This document shows positions 8,286 to 16,924 of a stretch of DNA of 27,229 bases, piece after piece. The stretch's first letter is position 1. The number at the start of each line of letters is the position of its first letter. Source of the stretch: Fidelibacterota bacterium. GTDB taxonomy: Bacteria; Fidelibacterota; Marinisomatia; Marinisomatales; Marinisomataceae. The position numbers and the translations under genes are program-made. The stretch covers positions 1-27,229 of the forward strand of contig DASCOP010000079.1 in assembly GCA_036012065.1 (NCBI GenBank). Reading direction: 5' to 3'. Under the pieces are notes generated by a model that had not been told where the DNA came from, ran no database searches, and worked only from the letters and a program-made list of their open reading frames with translations.

Positions 8286-8687
8286 TTAGGAGTCAGAATC
8301 TTCTGTAGCAAACTTGGTCCAATCACTTGATATTGCAGATTCATCAATAGAAGTTTCTGATGGTGCTGTAGGATTATTAAATTTTGCATCATCTTCATAT
8401 ATATTCAAGCTATCTTTCTTTACTTCATACTTATCAAGATCCAATTCTTCATCCTCGCTATCTAAAGTTTCTTTATCTTGACTATATAAGTCTAAATCAA
8501 AGAAATCTAAGTTTTCTACGTGACCATTCTCCATGAGGTACTCAAGGAATGGCAGGTATATTCTTTGTTTGAGATTCGCCTTACACAATGGACATCTTAG
8601 CTTAGTTCCAATGTCTGAAGCTCTTATTTCTTCGTCACAACAAGGGCTAATAACTTCATCTACTCTATTTAAATCAAAATCATTCAT
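8286..8687 (-). CDS. Hypothetical protein with a putative Zn-binding CC-x14-CxxC motif and an acidic C-terminal region
   Basis: 133 aa ORF filling the gap between neighbours. Contains PCCDEEIRASDIGTKLRCPLC; about a quarter of residues are D/E. Confidence 0.7.
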   Translation of the reverse strand: MNDFDLNRVDEVISPCCDEEIRASDIGTKLRCPLCKANLKQRIYLPFLEYLMENGHVENLDFFDLDLYSQDKETLDSEDEELDLDKYEVKKDSLNIYEDDAKFNNPTAPSETSIDESAISSDWTKFATEDSDS

Positions 8688-8721
8688 ATAAGGACGAAGG
8701 TATTATTAGTTATCTATGGAG

Positions 8722-9489
8722 TCAACAATTTTTGTAAATACTATTTAAGGCTTCTTTCTTAGACGAAGAAAATGTTTTATCCCTTCTTTTCATAGCTTTC
8801 TCTGCAGTATCACAAAAGTCATCAAATTTGATTTTCATTAACTTATCTTTGTAGAATAATGAAAAGGCAGGAATATGTCTTGGAGGAAAAGATTGTGCAA
8901 CAATATTACAACCCATCTCAATCACTGTTCCGGTATTGAGAGTTGTCCCAATTGCTGTTTTAACATGCTCACCAATAATAGAGCCAAAAAATATCGATTC
9001 TGTATCTAATAGTTCTCCGCTCCATTTAACTTTTACAGATGAATAATTATTTTTGAGATTGCTAGTAGTGGTCCCTGCACCAAGATTGGCCCATGATCCA
9101 ATAAAACTATGCCCTAAAAATCCTTCATGCGCTTTATTAGAATATGGCTGAAAAATACAAGAGTGGACTTCTCCGCTCACTTTACAGTCGTGATTAATAA
9201 TAGAATTTGATATAGTAGAATGAGATTTTACTAATGTATTTTTTCCCAGAAATAAAGGTCCATTTAGCACAGTAAAAGGTTCTACTGTTGCAGTATTATC
9301 AATGACTACTGGTCCAGTCTCTTCATTAATAACAACATTATCAATTACGCTATTAGAAGATGAAATATCTGATAATAAATCACTAATCTTATGAATTAAA
9401 TCCCAAGGTTTATTATTATCAAGAAAAGAGCTTGGCTTGTCTAATAATATTAGATTCGATACAATAATATTTTTTAAATCTTTATTCAT
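8722..9489 (-). CDS. GlmU-like left-handed beta-helix acetyltransferase (FCB/archaeal-type), lacking the N-terminal nucleotidyltransferase-like domain
   Basis: PWDLI, hexapeptide repeats, NKAHEGFLGHSFIGSWANLGAGTTTSNLKNNY, FFGSIIGEHVKTAIGTTLNTG and AMKRR are typical of this family. Only 255 aa. ATGA overlap with the upstream ORF. Confidence 0.8.
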   Translation of the reverse strand: MNKDLKNIIVSNLILLDKPSSFLDNNKPWDLIHKISDLLSDISSSNSVIDNVVINEETGPVVIDNTATVEPFTVLNGPLFLGKNTLVKSHSTISNSIINHDCKVSGEVHSCIFQPYSNKAHEGFLGHSFIGSWANLGAGTTTSNLKNNYSSVKVKWSGELLDTESIFFGSIIGEHVKTAIGTTLNTGTVIEMGCNIVAQSFPPRHIPAFSLFYKDKLMKIKFDDFCDTAEKAMKRRDKTFSSSKKEALNSIYKNC

Positions 9490-10010
9490 ATTTTTATAAA
9501 CTGTTGAATCATAACAAATGTTTCTTCTAAATCTCTTTGATAATTAGTATCAAGTATAACATTATAATATTTTTTTGAATTATCATAACTAAAACCCATT
9601 CTTACCTTTGAATTGCAAGCTCTTAAAAGGAAGGAAGAAAAACGACTAAAATTGATATTGAGATCAATCATATTTTCATATTTTAAATCTTTTATTTTTT
9701 CTAAAAATTCGCTTGTTGGAATGCCAAGAGAATTGATATCCTTATAAGAAAAGAGCAACGTAGATTCACTCATTTCTTGAGGATAAAAATTAATGAGCGC
9801 ATCTTTGACAAGAAAATGGATTCTAGTATCATTGGATTTAATCTTTTCTAGAAAAAGGGCAGCTAAATCAAAAGCAACTTCTCCATCTGGCAATACAATT
9901 AGTATAGAATTTTTTTGATTCCCAGAATATTCATACTTTTTAGACTGATTAGAGAAATAATCCTTATAATGCCACCAGTACTTTAATTTTTCTATCGTTG
10001 AATATTCCAT
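9486..10010 (-). CDS. Hypothetical protein, DUF6913-like / GT9 N-terminal-like Rossmann fragment
   Basis: 174 aa. The segments ILIVLP and YENMIDLNINFSRFSSFLLRACNSKVRMGF resemble the FCB DUF6913/heptosyltransferase N-terminal pattern. Family recognised from memory only. Confidence 0.55.
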   Translation of the reverse strand: MEYSTIEKLKYWWHYKDYFSNQSKKYEYSGNQKNSILIVLPDGEVAFDLAALFLEKIKSNDTRIHFLVKDALINFYPQEMSESTLLFSYKDINSLGIPTSEFLEKIKDLKYENMIDLNINFSRFSSFLLRACNSKVRMGFSYDNSKKYYNVILDTNYQRDLEETFVMIQQFIKI

Positions 10011-10075
10011 ATAGTTACATCTTAACTAAAAATCATTAATTAGAATATTGAATTTAGAATTAAATTAGCTTAATC

Positions 10076-11560
10076 ATGGCAAATAAAAAAATAGGGAAAT
10101 TCCCATTTACAAAAGGTATTTACAAAGATATGTACCGCAATAGATTGTGGACCATGAGACAATATTCTGGTTTTTCCTCTGTATCTGAATCAAATAAAAG
10201 ATATTTATCGCTATTAGATAGCGGTGTCACTGGACTATCAATAGCATTTGATCTTCCTACACAAATAGGATATGACTCTAATGATGATATGGCTTTTGGA
10301 GAAATAGGAAAATCAGGAGTTCCTATATCAACTCCTGAAGATATGGAATCTTTATTTGACAATATTAATCTAGAGAAAGTTTCATTATCTATGACTATCA
10401 ATTCTACAGCACCTATATTATTAGCATTTTATATATCATTAGCTAAAAAACGAGGTTATTCTTTGAAAAAATTAAGAGGCACTCTTCAAAACGATATATT
10501 AAAAGAATACATTGCAAGAGGAACATATATATTCCCTATTAAATCATCCTTAAGATTGACAACTGATATATTCGAATACTGCCAAGAACACTTACCAAAT
10601 TGGAACTCCATATCTGTATCGGGATATCATATAAGAGAATCTGGGAGTACGGCTATACAAGAATTAGCTTTCACATTTGCTAATGCTATTACTTATTTAG
10701 ATGCTGCTAAAAAAGAAAAGATTGATATTGAACAGCTTACAAGGCAAATATCATTCTTTTTTAATTCTCATAGGAACTTTTTTGAGGAAATTGCAAAATT
10801 CAGAGCAGCAAGACAAATATGGGCACATATTGTTCGTGATCGTTTTAATATAGATAATATTAAGTCTCAGCTATGTAGGTTTCATGTACAAACTGGTGGA
10901 TCTACTCTTACAGCACAACAAATTGACAATAATAGTGTAAGAACTACGCTACAAAGTCTAGCTGCTGTATTGGGAGGTGCTCAGTCAATCCATACCAATA
11001 GTAAAGATGAGGCATTGAATCTACCATCTGAAGAAAATGCTCTATCAGCGCTAAGAATGCAGCAAATTATAGCCTATGAAAGTGGAGTACCAGAATTTGT
11101 TGATCCTATCGGAGATAGTTCTTTAATAGATAGTATGACTAAAGACATAGTAGAAAAAGTAAATAAGAAAATTGATGAAATGTTATCAAAAGGTGGTGTC
11201 AAAAAACTGATTGAGAATGGAGAGATCCAAAATGAAATTTCAGAATCATCCATAAAATTTCAAAATGATTTGGATAGTGAAAAAGCTATTTTAGTAGGAG
11301 TAAATAAATTTAGAAATAAAGAAGTAGCTCATAAAAAAGAAAAGCAAACAATTAAAGAAGATGACAGGGAAACTATTATTGATCATTTTAAATCTTCTCG
11401 AGATGAAAAAAATGTCACTAACGCCCTTGCATTACTTGAAAGCAAAGCAGGAAGCAGTGAAAATCTAATGCCATATATTATTGAATGTAGCGATAATCAA
11501 TGTACGCTTGGAGAAATAACTTATTCTTTGAAAAAAATATTTGGCGAATATTCTGAATAA
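10076..11560 (+). CDS. Methylmalonyl-CoA mutase, substrate-binding (TIM barrel) subunit of a split enzyme; no B12-binding domain
   Basis: WTMRQYSGF, GLSIAFDLPTQIGYDS, GTLQNDILKEYIARGTYIFP, SVSGYHIRE, FFEEIAKFRAAR and LGGAQSIHTNSKDEA motifs. No DxHxxG motif. 494 aa. Confidence 0.92.
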   Translation: MANKKIGKFPFTKGIYKDMYRNRLWTMRQYSGFSSVSESNKRYLSLLDSGVTGLSIAFDLPTQIGYDSNDDMAFGEIGKSGVPISTPEDMESLFDNINLEKVSLSMTINSTAPILLAFYISLAKKRGYSLKKLRGTLQNDILKEYIARGTYIFPIKSSLRLTTDIFEYCQEHLPNWNSISVSGYHIRESGSTAIQELAFTFANAITYLDAAKKEKIDIEQLTRQISFFFNSHRNFFEEIAKFRAARQIWAHIVRDRFNIDNIKSQLCRFHVQTGGSTLTAQQIDNNSVRTTLQSLAAVLGGAQSIHTNSKDEALNLPSEENALSALRMQQIIAYESGVPEFVDPIGDSSLIDSMTKDIVEKVNKKIDEMLSKGGVKKLIENGEIQNEISESSIKFQNDLDSEKAILVGVNKFRNKEVAHKKEKQTIKEDDRETIIDHFKSSRDEKNVTNALALLESKAGSSENLMPYIIECSDNQCTLGEITYSLKKIFGEYSE

Positions 11561-11621
11561 TTGAAAAAAATAAGGAACATTATAAAAAAAAATTAATAAT
11601 ATTAATTATATAAATTGAAAG

Positions 11622-12206
11622 ATGAGGAAGAAGATGAAAAACAATAAAATTTTAGTGCTATTAGGTGCTTTACTAATCATTAATTGTTCAGGAACTGTAC
11701 CAAATGTTGTTAGTGAAGTAGCTGTAAAAGAAACACCAGATAGTGGAGAAGAAATGGCTCAACAAGAAGTTTCTGTTGAAACATTTACTATTCAAGAACC
11801 TGAGTCTCCTCCGCTACCAGTAACTGTATTTGAACCATATATGATTAAGAGAGGCGACTATCTAATTAAGATTGCTGCTAGAGAATATGGTGATTCTTCT
11901 ATGTGGAGGGAAATATATGAATGGAATAAACAGGAAATTGGTCCTAATCCAGATAGAATATATCCTTACCATTTTTTATCACTCAAGAGAGATTCAGAAC
12001 AAGCAAAGAACTGTGAATTAGAATTTTTTGAATATACAATTCAATCAGGTGATACTGCATGGAGTCTTGCTCAAAAAATCTATAACGATGAATTAGCATG
12101 GGTTGTTATTTATATGGATAATTCTGATGTGATTAAAGATAATAATGGTGTATTGCAGCCAGGCACTACTTTCCAGATGAGAAAAAAACTAGATCCTTGC
12201 AGCTAG
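11622..12206 (+). CDS. Lipoprotein with two LysM peptidoglycan-binding domains (start may be ATG 11634)
   Basis: MKNNKILVLLGALLIINC signal/lipobox-like N-terminus. LysM1 YMIKRGDYLIKIAAREYG..W.EIYEWN...NPDRIYP; LysM2 YTIQSGDTAWSLAQKIY...W..IY..N. Confidence 0.85.
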   Translation: MRKKMKNNKILVLLGALLIINCSGTVPNVVSEVAVKETPDSGEEMAQQEVSVETFTIQEPESPPLPVTVFEPYMIKRGDYLIKIAAREYGDSSMWREIYEWNKQEIGPNPDRIYPYHFLSLKRDSEQAKNCELEFFEYTIQSGDTAWSLAQKIYNDELAWVVIYMDNSDVIKDNNGVLQPGTTFQMRKKLDPCS

Positions 12207-12802
12207 ACTATAAAAGCATATCTCTCAATACAAAATGGATTAAAAGTGGTTTAGATTCTATTATCTATAGAGAATCAATGGATTCTACTTTAGATATTGC
12301 TCTGAATAAAGATTATCAGGCTCAAAATTCTAAGAAGGTAGTGATCACCGACAATCAAACTGGTGGTCAAGGTACCCATGGGAAAAAATGGATTTCAACC
12401 CCTTATAAAGATTTAACATTTAGTTTAATCCTAGGAAAAGACTATTACTTTCAACAGAATCTTATTGATCAATGTTGTATTGGAATGTTAAATGTCTTAT
12501 CTACTTATGATATTCAAGGGCAAATAAAGTATCCAAATGATGTTTATGTGAATAATAAAAAAATTATTGGTATGCTTTTATCCAATGTCCAAAATAGCGG
12601 AGAAAATAATAAACCATATCAAGCGCTTAGTATGGGAATAAATGTTAATTCAGTTATTGATATTAAGAAGCTTGATTCTCAAGCAAAAGTAAATAGTACA
12701 TCACTATTTTCAGAATTGAATAGAGAAATTAATAGAGAGAAATTGCTAAAATTAATAATTGAAGAAATAGATCTAATTATTCAAAAGCTGATTCACCAGT
12801 AA
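12197..12802 (+). CDS. birA: Biotin-protein ligase (class I, no HTH); divergent and C-terminally short
   Basis: QTGGQGTHGKKWIS (for QTxGRGRxGRxW), KYPNDVY (for KWPND), KKIIGML, MGINVN and STSL motifs. 201 aa; the TTG start is uncertain. Confidence 0.75.
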   Translation: MQLDYKSISLNTKWIKSGLDSIIYRESMDSTLDIALNKDYQAQNSKKVVITDNQTGGQGTHGKKWISTPYKDLTFSLILGKDYYFQQNLIDQCCIGMLNVLSTYDIQGQIKYPNDVYVNNKKIIGMLLSNVQNSGENNKPYQALSMGINVNSVIDIKKLDSQAKVNSTSLFSELNREINREKLLKLIIEEIDLIIQKLIHQ

Positions 12803-13946
12803 TTTTTTGTCCAATGATCAGTGTATGAATTTCATGTGTTCCTTCATAAGTATACACTGTTTCTAAATTCATCATATGCCTCATCACTGAATAGTCATCC
12901 ATAATGCCATTTCCACCAAGAATCTCTCTAGCTAACCTCGCACAATCTCGCGCAATAGCAACATTATTTTTCTTACCTAATGAAATATGTGAAAAATCGA
13001 GTTGATTATTGTCCTTTAGTTTACCTAGTTGTATGGCTAATAATTGCGCTTTACTGATTTCTTGAATCATGTATGCTAATTTTTTTTGTGTTAATTGAAA
13101 GCCAGCAATTGGCTTAGAGAATTGCTTGCGTTCCTTGCTATAATTTAGTGCAACTTCGTAACAGTCTACTGCAGCTCCAATTGTTCCCCATGCGATGGAA
13201 TATCTTGCCTGTGTTAAACAAGACAAAGGGCCTTTTAATCCTTCAACGCCTGGTAATCTATTGCTATCTGGAACACGTACATCTTTCATAAATAATTCTG
13301 AAGTAATAGATGCTCTTAAACTCATCTTCCCATGAATATCAGAACTGCTAAACCCTTTTGTACCTTTTTCTATTAAGAATCCTCTGACTATACCTTCTTC
13401 ATCTTTTGCCCAAACAACTGCTACATCTGCAATTGATCCATTAGTAATCCACATCTTTGAACCATTAATAATCCAATCATCTCCATCTCTCTTTGCCTTT
13501 GTCAGCATTCCTCCGGGATCTGAACCATGATTAGCTTCTGTCAATCCAAAACAACCGATAGCTGTGCCAGCAGCTAATTTTGGTAGCCATTTCTTTTTTT
13601 GTTCATCTGTACCGTACTGATGAATAGGATACATCACAAGACCTCCTTGCACACTACAAACAGAGCGTAAACCAGAATCTCCCTTCTCTAATTCATGCAT
13701 GATTAGACCATAAGCTGTACTACTAATCTCACTACCACCAAACTCTTTAGGTAGTGTTGCTCCAAAAAATCCTAGTTCTCCCATTTTTGGAATTAAATCA
13801 AGAGGAAACGATCCCTTATCATAATATTCATTTACAATTGGATTGAACTCTTTTTCAACAAACTGATTTGCCGTTTTTTGTATGAGTAACTCTTCATCTG
13901 TCAACAAAGAAGTGATATTGCAAAAATCTGGACCAATATATTTCAT
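12777..13946 (-). CDS. gcdH: Acyl-CoA dehydrogenase, glutaryl-CoA dehydrogenase type
   Basis: DSGLRS (carboxylate-binding Arg), CFGLTEANHGSDPGGM, KMWITNG, GPLSCLTQARYSIAWG and C-terminal MRHMMNLETVYTYEGTHEIHTLIIG match GCDH. Confidence 0.85.
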   Translation of the reverse strand: MKYIGPDFCNITSLLTDEELLIQKTANQFVEKEFNPIVNEYYDKGSFPLDLIPKMGELGFFGATLPKEFGGSEISSTAYGLIMHELEKGDSGLRSVCSVQGGLVMYPIHQYGTDEQKKKWLPKLAAGTAIGCFGLTEANHGSDPGGMLTKAKRDGDDWIINGSKMWITNGSIADVAVVWAKDEEGIVRGFLIEKGTKGFSSSDIHGKMSLRASITSELFMKDVRVPDSNRLPGVEGLKGPLSCLTQARYSIAWGTIGAAVDCYEVALNYSKERKQFSKPIAGFQLTQKKLAYMIQEISKAQLLAIQLGKLKDNNQLDFSHISLGKKNNVAIARDCARLAREILGGNGIMDDYSVMRHMMNLETVYTYEGTHEIHTLIIGQKITGESAFE

Positions 13947-13964
13947 TTATGTATATCTATTCCT

Positions 13965-14744
13965 TTAATATAGTAGATCTGAAACTCTATTAAATAATGT
14001 AGAATTTGTGGCAATTATAGGGTCTGTAACAAGCGTTTTCTTTTGATTATAAATAATATTCTTATCATTGATTGTCTTAAATACTCCACCAGACTCTTTT
14101 ATAATACAGTCCCCTGCACAAATATCCCATTCGTTCTTTGGTGCAACTGTTGAAAAAATATCATATTGATTGGCTCCAACTAATCCTAGTTTGTATGCAA
14201 CACTTCCAATAGGTTCTATTGTAGAAAAATCTTCCTTATATTCATCCCATAATTTTTTTCTATACTCAGATCTACTTACAACAATAGAGGAATCTCTCAA
14301 TTTTTCTTTGATTGATATGTTAACATTTGAACCATTGAGATATGCTCCTTTATCTTTTTCAGCATAGAACATTTCTTCCGTATAAGGGTTATAAATAATT
14401 CCAATAACAGGATGACCATCTTCGACTAATGCTATACTGATAGAAAAGTGTGGGATACCTTCAATAAATTCTTTTGTTCCATCTAAGGGATCTACAATCC
14501 ATACACGAGATTTTTCTAATCGTTCTTTTGTATCTACAGTTTCTTCTGACAGCCAGCCATCATTTGGGAATTCCCCTCCAATAAACTCTGACAGATAATG
14601 ATCTGCTTCATGATCAGCAATAGTTACTGGGTTATTTAAACTTTTATACTCAATCTTCTTATCAGAAGCAGAAAAATGCTTCATTAGAATCTTGCCAGCA
14701 TTGCGTGCTGCGACTTTTCCTGCAATTAATTCCTCGTTAAACAT
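13965..14744 (-). CDS. Inositol monophosphatase superfamily, 3'(2'),5'-bisphosphate nucleotidase CysQ-like
   Basis: PVTIAD, LSEET, WIVDPLDGTKEFI, GSVAYKLGLV and KNEWDICAG motifs. Confidence 0.85.
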   Translation of the reverse strand: MFNEELIAGKVAARNAGKILMKHFSASDKKIEYKSLNNPVTIADHEADHYLSEFIGGEFPNDGWLSEETVDTKERLEKSRVWIVDPLDGTKEFIEGIPHFSISIALVEDGHPVIGIIYNPYTEEMFYAEKDKGAYLNGSNVNISIKEKLRDSSIVVSRSEYRKKLWDEYKEDFSTIEPIGSVAYKLGLVGANQYDIFSTVAPKNEWDICAGDCIIKESGGVFKTINDKNIIYNQKKTLVTDPIIATNSTLFNRVSDLLY

Positions 14745-14900
14745 AATTGTCAGATTATATGTATTTTAAATTTAAAAATCGCTAAATTACTTATGAAATT
14801 GAGGTGTAGATATTTAAAAACTAACTATTTTTTATTTTTATAATTTTAAACTAATAATTTTTTTATACCTAAGTATTCTCTCCTCTATTTCATAGAAAAC

Positions 14901-14950
14901 ATAAACTATATGACTATCTGTTCATCACGTATGATGTGCATTTAGTTTAT
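14901..14950 (+). promoter_or_regulatory. Stem-loop / inverted repeat immediately upstream of rng
   Basis: ATAAACTA (14901-14908) pairs with TAGTTTAT (14943-14950); ATG/CAT; apical CATCA-CGTA-TGATG (14923-14936). Confidence 0.45.
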
Positions 14951-14970
14951 AATATTAAAGTAAGGCTTTT

Positions 14971-16473
14971 ATGAAAAAAGAAATTTATATCAGCAAAGGT
15001 GTAGGAGAAACAAGAATTGCTGTCAAAGAAAATGGCAAACTTGCTGAGCTCCATGTTGATAAAGAATCAAAAGAAAGAACTGTAGGAAACATCTATAAAG
15101 GTGTTGTTGAAAATGTAATTCCTGGAATGCAAGCTGCATTTGTTAATATAGGTGAAGGCAATAATGCATTCTTACCATTCTCTGAAATTTCAGATCCAGA
15201 ATTGATTGCAGACCGCAAACCTAAATCTAAAAATTCAAAAGAAATCAATGTTTTGTTATCTCCAGGGCAAGAAATTATCGTTCAGGTGATTAAAGAGCCT
15301 TTCGATAATAAGGGAGCTAGAATTACTACCAATCTTTCAATTGCAGGTCGTTTCATTGTATTAATACCTAAATCAAAGTATGTAGGTGTATCTAAAAAAA
15401 TGCAGGACCGTTATGAGCGAAGAAGATTGAAAAAAATTGCGTTTGATATGAAAAAACATGGATTAGGAATCATTATTCGTACTGTAGCTGAAGGTAAGAC
15501 TGATAAACAAATTCAAAATGACTATATCAATCTAGAAGAAAAATATAATGGATTGATAAAATTAGCAGAAAAAAGTGAAGCTCCGATTCTAATTTATAAT
15601 GATTTAGAGATGACATCAAGCGTATTAAGAGATTTGATGAGCGATAAAGTTGAAAAAATTGTTGTTGATTCTAAAGACGATTATAAAAAAATACAGAAAA
15701 TGATTAAAGACGATGCGCTTGATATTGGAGATACTCTAGAACATTATCGTAAAAGAAATCCTTTATTCAAAGAAACTGGTATTGATAATTCTATGATTAA
15801 ACTATTAAGAAATAAAGCATGGTTGAAAAGCGGTGCATATCTGATTATAGAAAGAACTGAAGCGATGGTAGTGGTTGATGTCAATAGTGGAAAATTTGTT
15901 GGAAAAAAAGGACACGAAGAGAACTCTTTACAAATCAATCTAGAAGCAGCGAAAGAAATAGCAATACAGCTAAGATTAAGGCATTTATCAGGATTAATTT
16001 TAATTGATTTTATTGATATGGTTTCAGCAGAAAATAGAAAAAAAGTATATTCTCAAATGAAAAAAGAATTAAGAAAAGATAGGGCAAAAGTCGCTGTATC
16101 AGAAATTTCTGAGTTTGGCGTCCTTGAAATGACAAGAGAGAGAACAGGTTTAAGCATTATTGATTCTTTGACTGAATGCTGTGATACGTGCAATGGAGAT
16201 GGTAGAATTATATCAAAAGATACTCTTTTGACAAGAATTGACTATTGGTTACGCGATTATAAGCAAAAAAAGAAGGATCTTAGATTGAAACTATATCTTA
16301 ACCCTGAAATCTCTCATTACTTAAAACAAGAAAAGAAGAGAGATTATATCAGTCTAATGTGGAAAAATTTTGTATATCTGCAAGTTATTGATGATATATC
16401 AATGGGTAAAAATGAATTTAAATTTACTAAGATGTCAGATTCGACAGATATCACTCGTGAAATAGGTACTTGA
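14971..16473 (+). CDS. rng: Ribonuclease E/G family, RNase G-sized
   Basis: S1 domain GNIYKGVV..PGMQAAFV; catalytic DVNSG and IDFIDM; Zn-link CxxCxGxG. 500 aa, with no degradosome scaffold tail. Confidence 0.93.
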   Translation: MKKEIYISKGVGETRIAVKENGKLAELHVDKESKERTVGNIYKGVVENVIPGMQAAFVNIGEGNNAFLPFSEISDPELIADRKPKSKNSKEINVLLSPGQEIIVQVIKEPFDNKGARITTNLSIAGRFIVLIPKSKYVGVSKKMQDRYERRRLKKIAFDMKKHGLGIIIRTVAEGKTDKQIQNDYINLEEKYNGLIKLAEKSEAPILIYNDLEMTSSVLRDLMSDKVEKIVVDSKDDYKKIQKMIKDDALDIGDTLEHYRKRNPLFKETGIDNSMIKLLRNKAWLKSGAYLIIERTEAMVVVDVNSGKFVGKKGHEENSLQINLEAAKEIAIQLRLRHLSGLILIDFIDMVSAENRKKVYSQMKKELRKDRAKVAVSEISEFGVLEMTRERTGLSIIDSLTECCDTCNGDGRIISKDTLLTRIDYWLRDYKQKKKDLRLKLYLNPEISHYLKQEKKRDYISLMWKNFVYLQVIDDISMGKNEFKFTKMSDSTDITREIGT

Positions 16474-16506
16474 TAACCAATAAATTAGCTATTAAGTTCC
16501 CAAGCT

Positions 16507-16911
16507 ATGTTTGCAATTGTAGAAATATATGGAAAACAATATAAAGTCGCTAAAGGCGATACTCTCTTAGTAGATTCTAAGATAGATATTGCAGTAGGCA
16601 AAACTTTAAAGTTTGATAATGTGAAAGCAATATCAGATAAAAATACTAACATATTTAATCCTAAAGAATTAGACCCTTATAAAGTAAGTGCAAAAGTGCT
16701 TGAGCATAAAAGAGCTAATAAAGTTACTATTATTAAAAAAAAGAGAAGAAAAGGTTATCAAAGAAAAAATGGTCACCGTCAAGATTTAACGATGCTTGAA
16801 ATTCAGTCAATTACTGGATCTAAAGCAAAGACAGCAGCAAAAAGTACTAAAAAAGCTGCGCCAAAAAAGAAACCAGCAGCTAAGAAAAAAGTTGCTACAG
16901 AGAAAAAATAA
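16507..16911 (+). CDS. rplU: 50S ribosomal protein L21 with Lys/Ala-rich C-terminal extension
   Basis: MFAIVEIYGKQYKV and KKKRRKGYQRKNGHRQ motifs; followed by rpmA. Confidence 0.97.
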   Translation: MFAIVEIYGKQYKVAKGDTLLVDSKIDIAVGKTLKFDNVKAISDKNTNIFNPKELDPYKVSAKVLEHKRANKVTIIKKKRRKGYQRKNGHRQDLTMLEIQSITGSKAKTAAKSTKKAAPKKKPAAKKKVATEKK

Positions 16912-16924
16912 AAGGTAATAACTC

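Noticed and set aside
11561-11621. AT-only near-palindrome AATTAATAATATTAATT between the mutase and LysM genes
   Set aside because: Expected by chance in a nearly pure AT spacer; there is no GC stem or clear promoter spacing.
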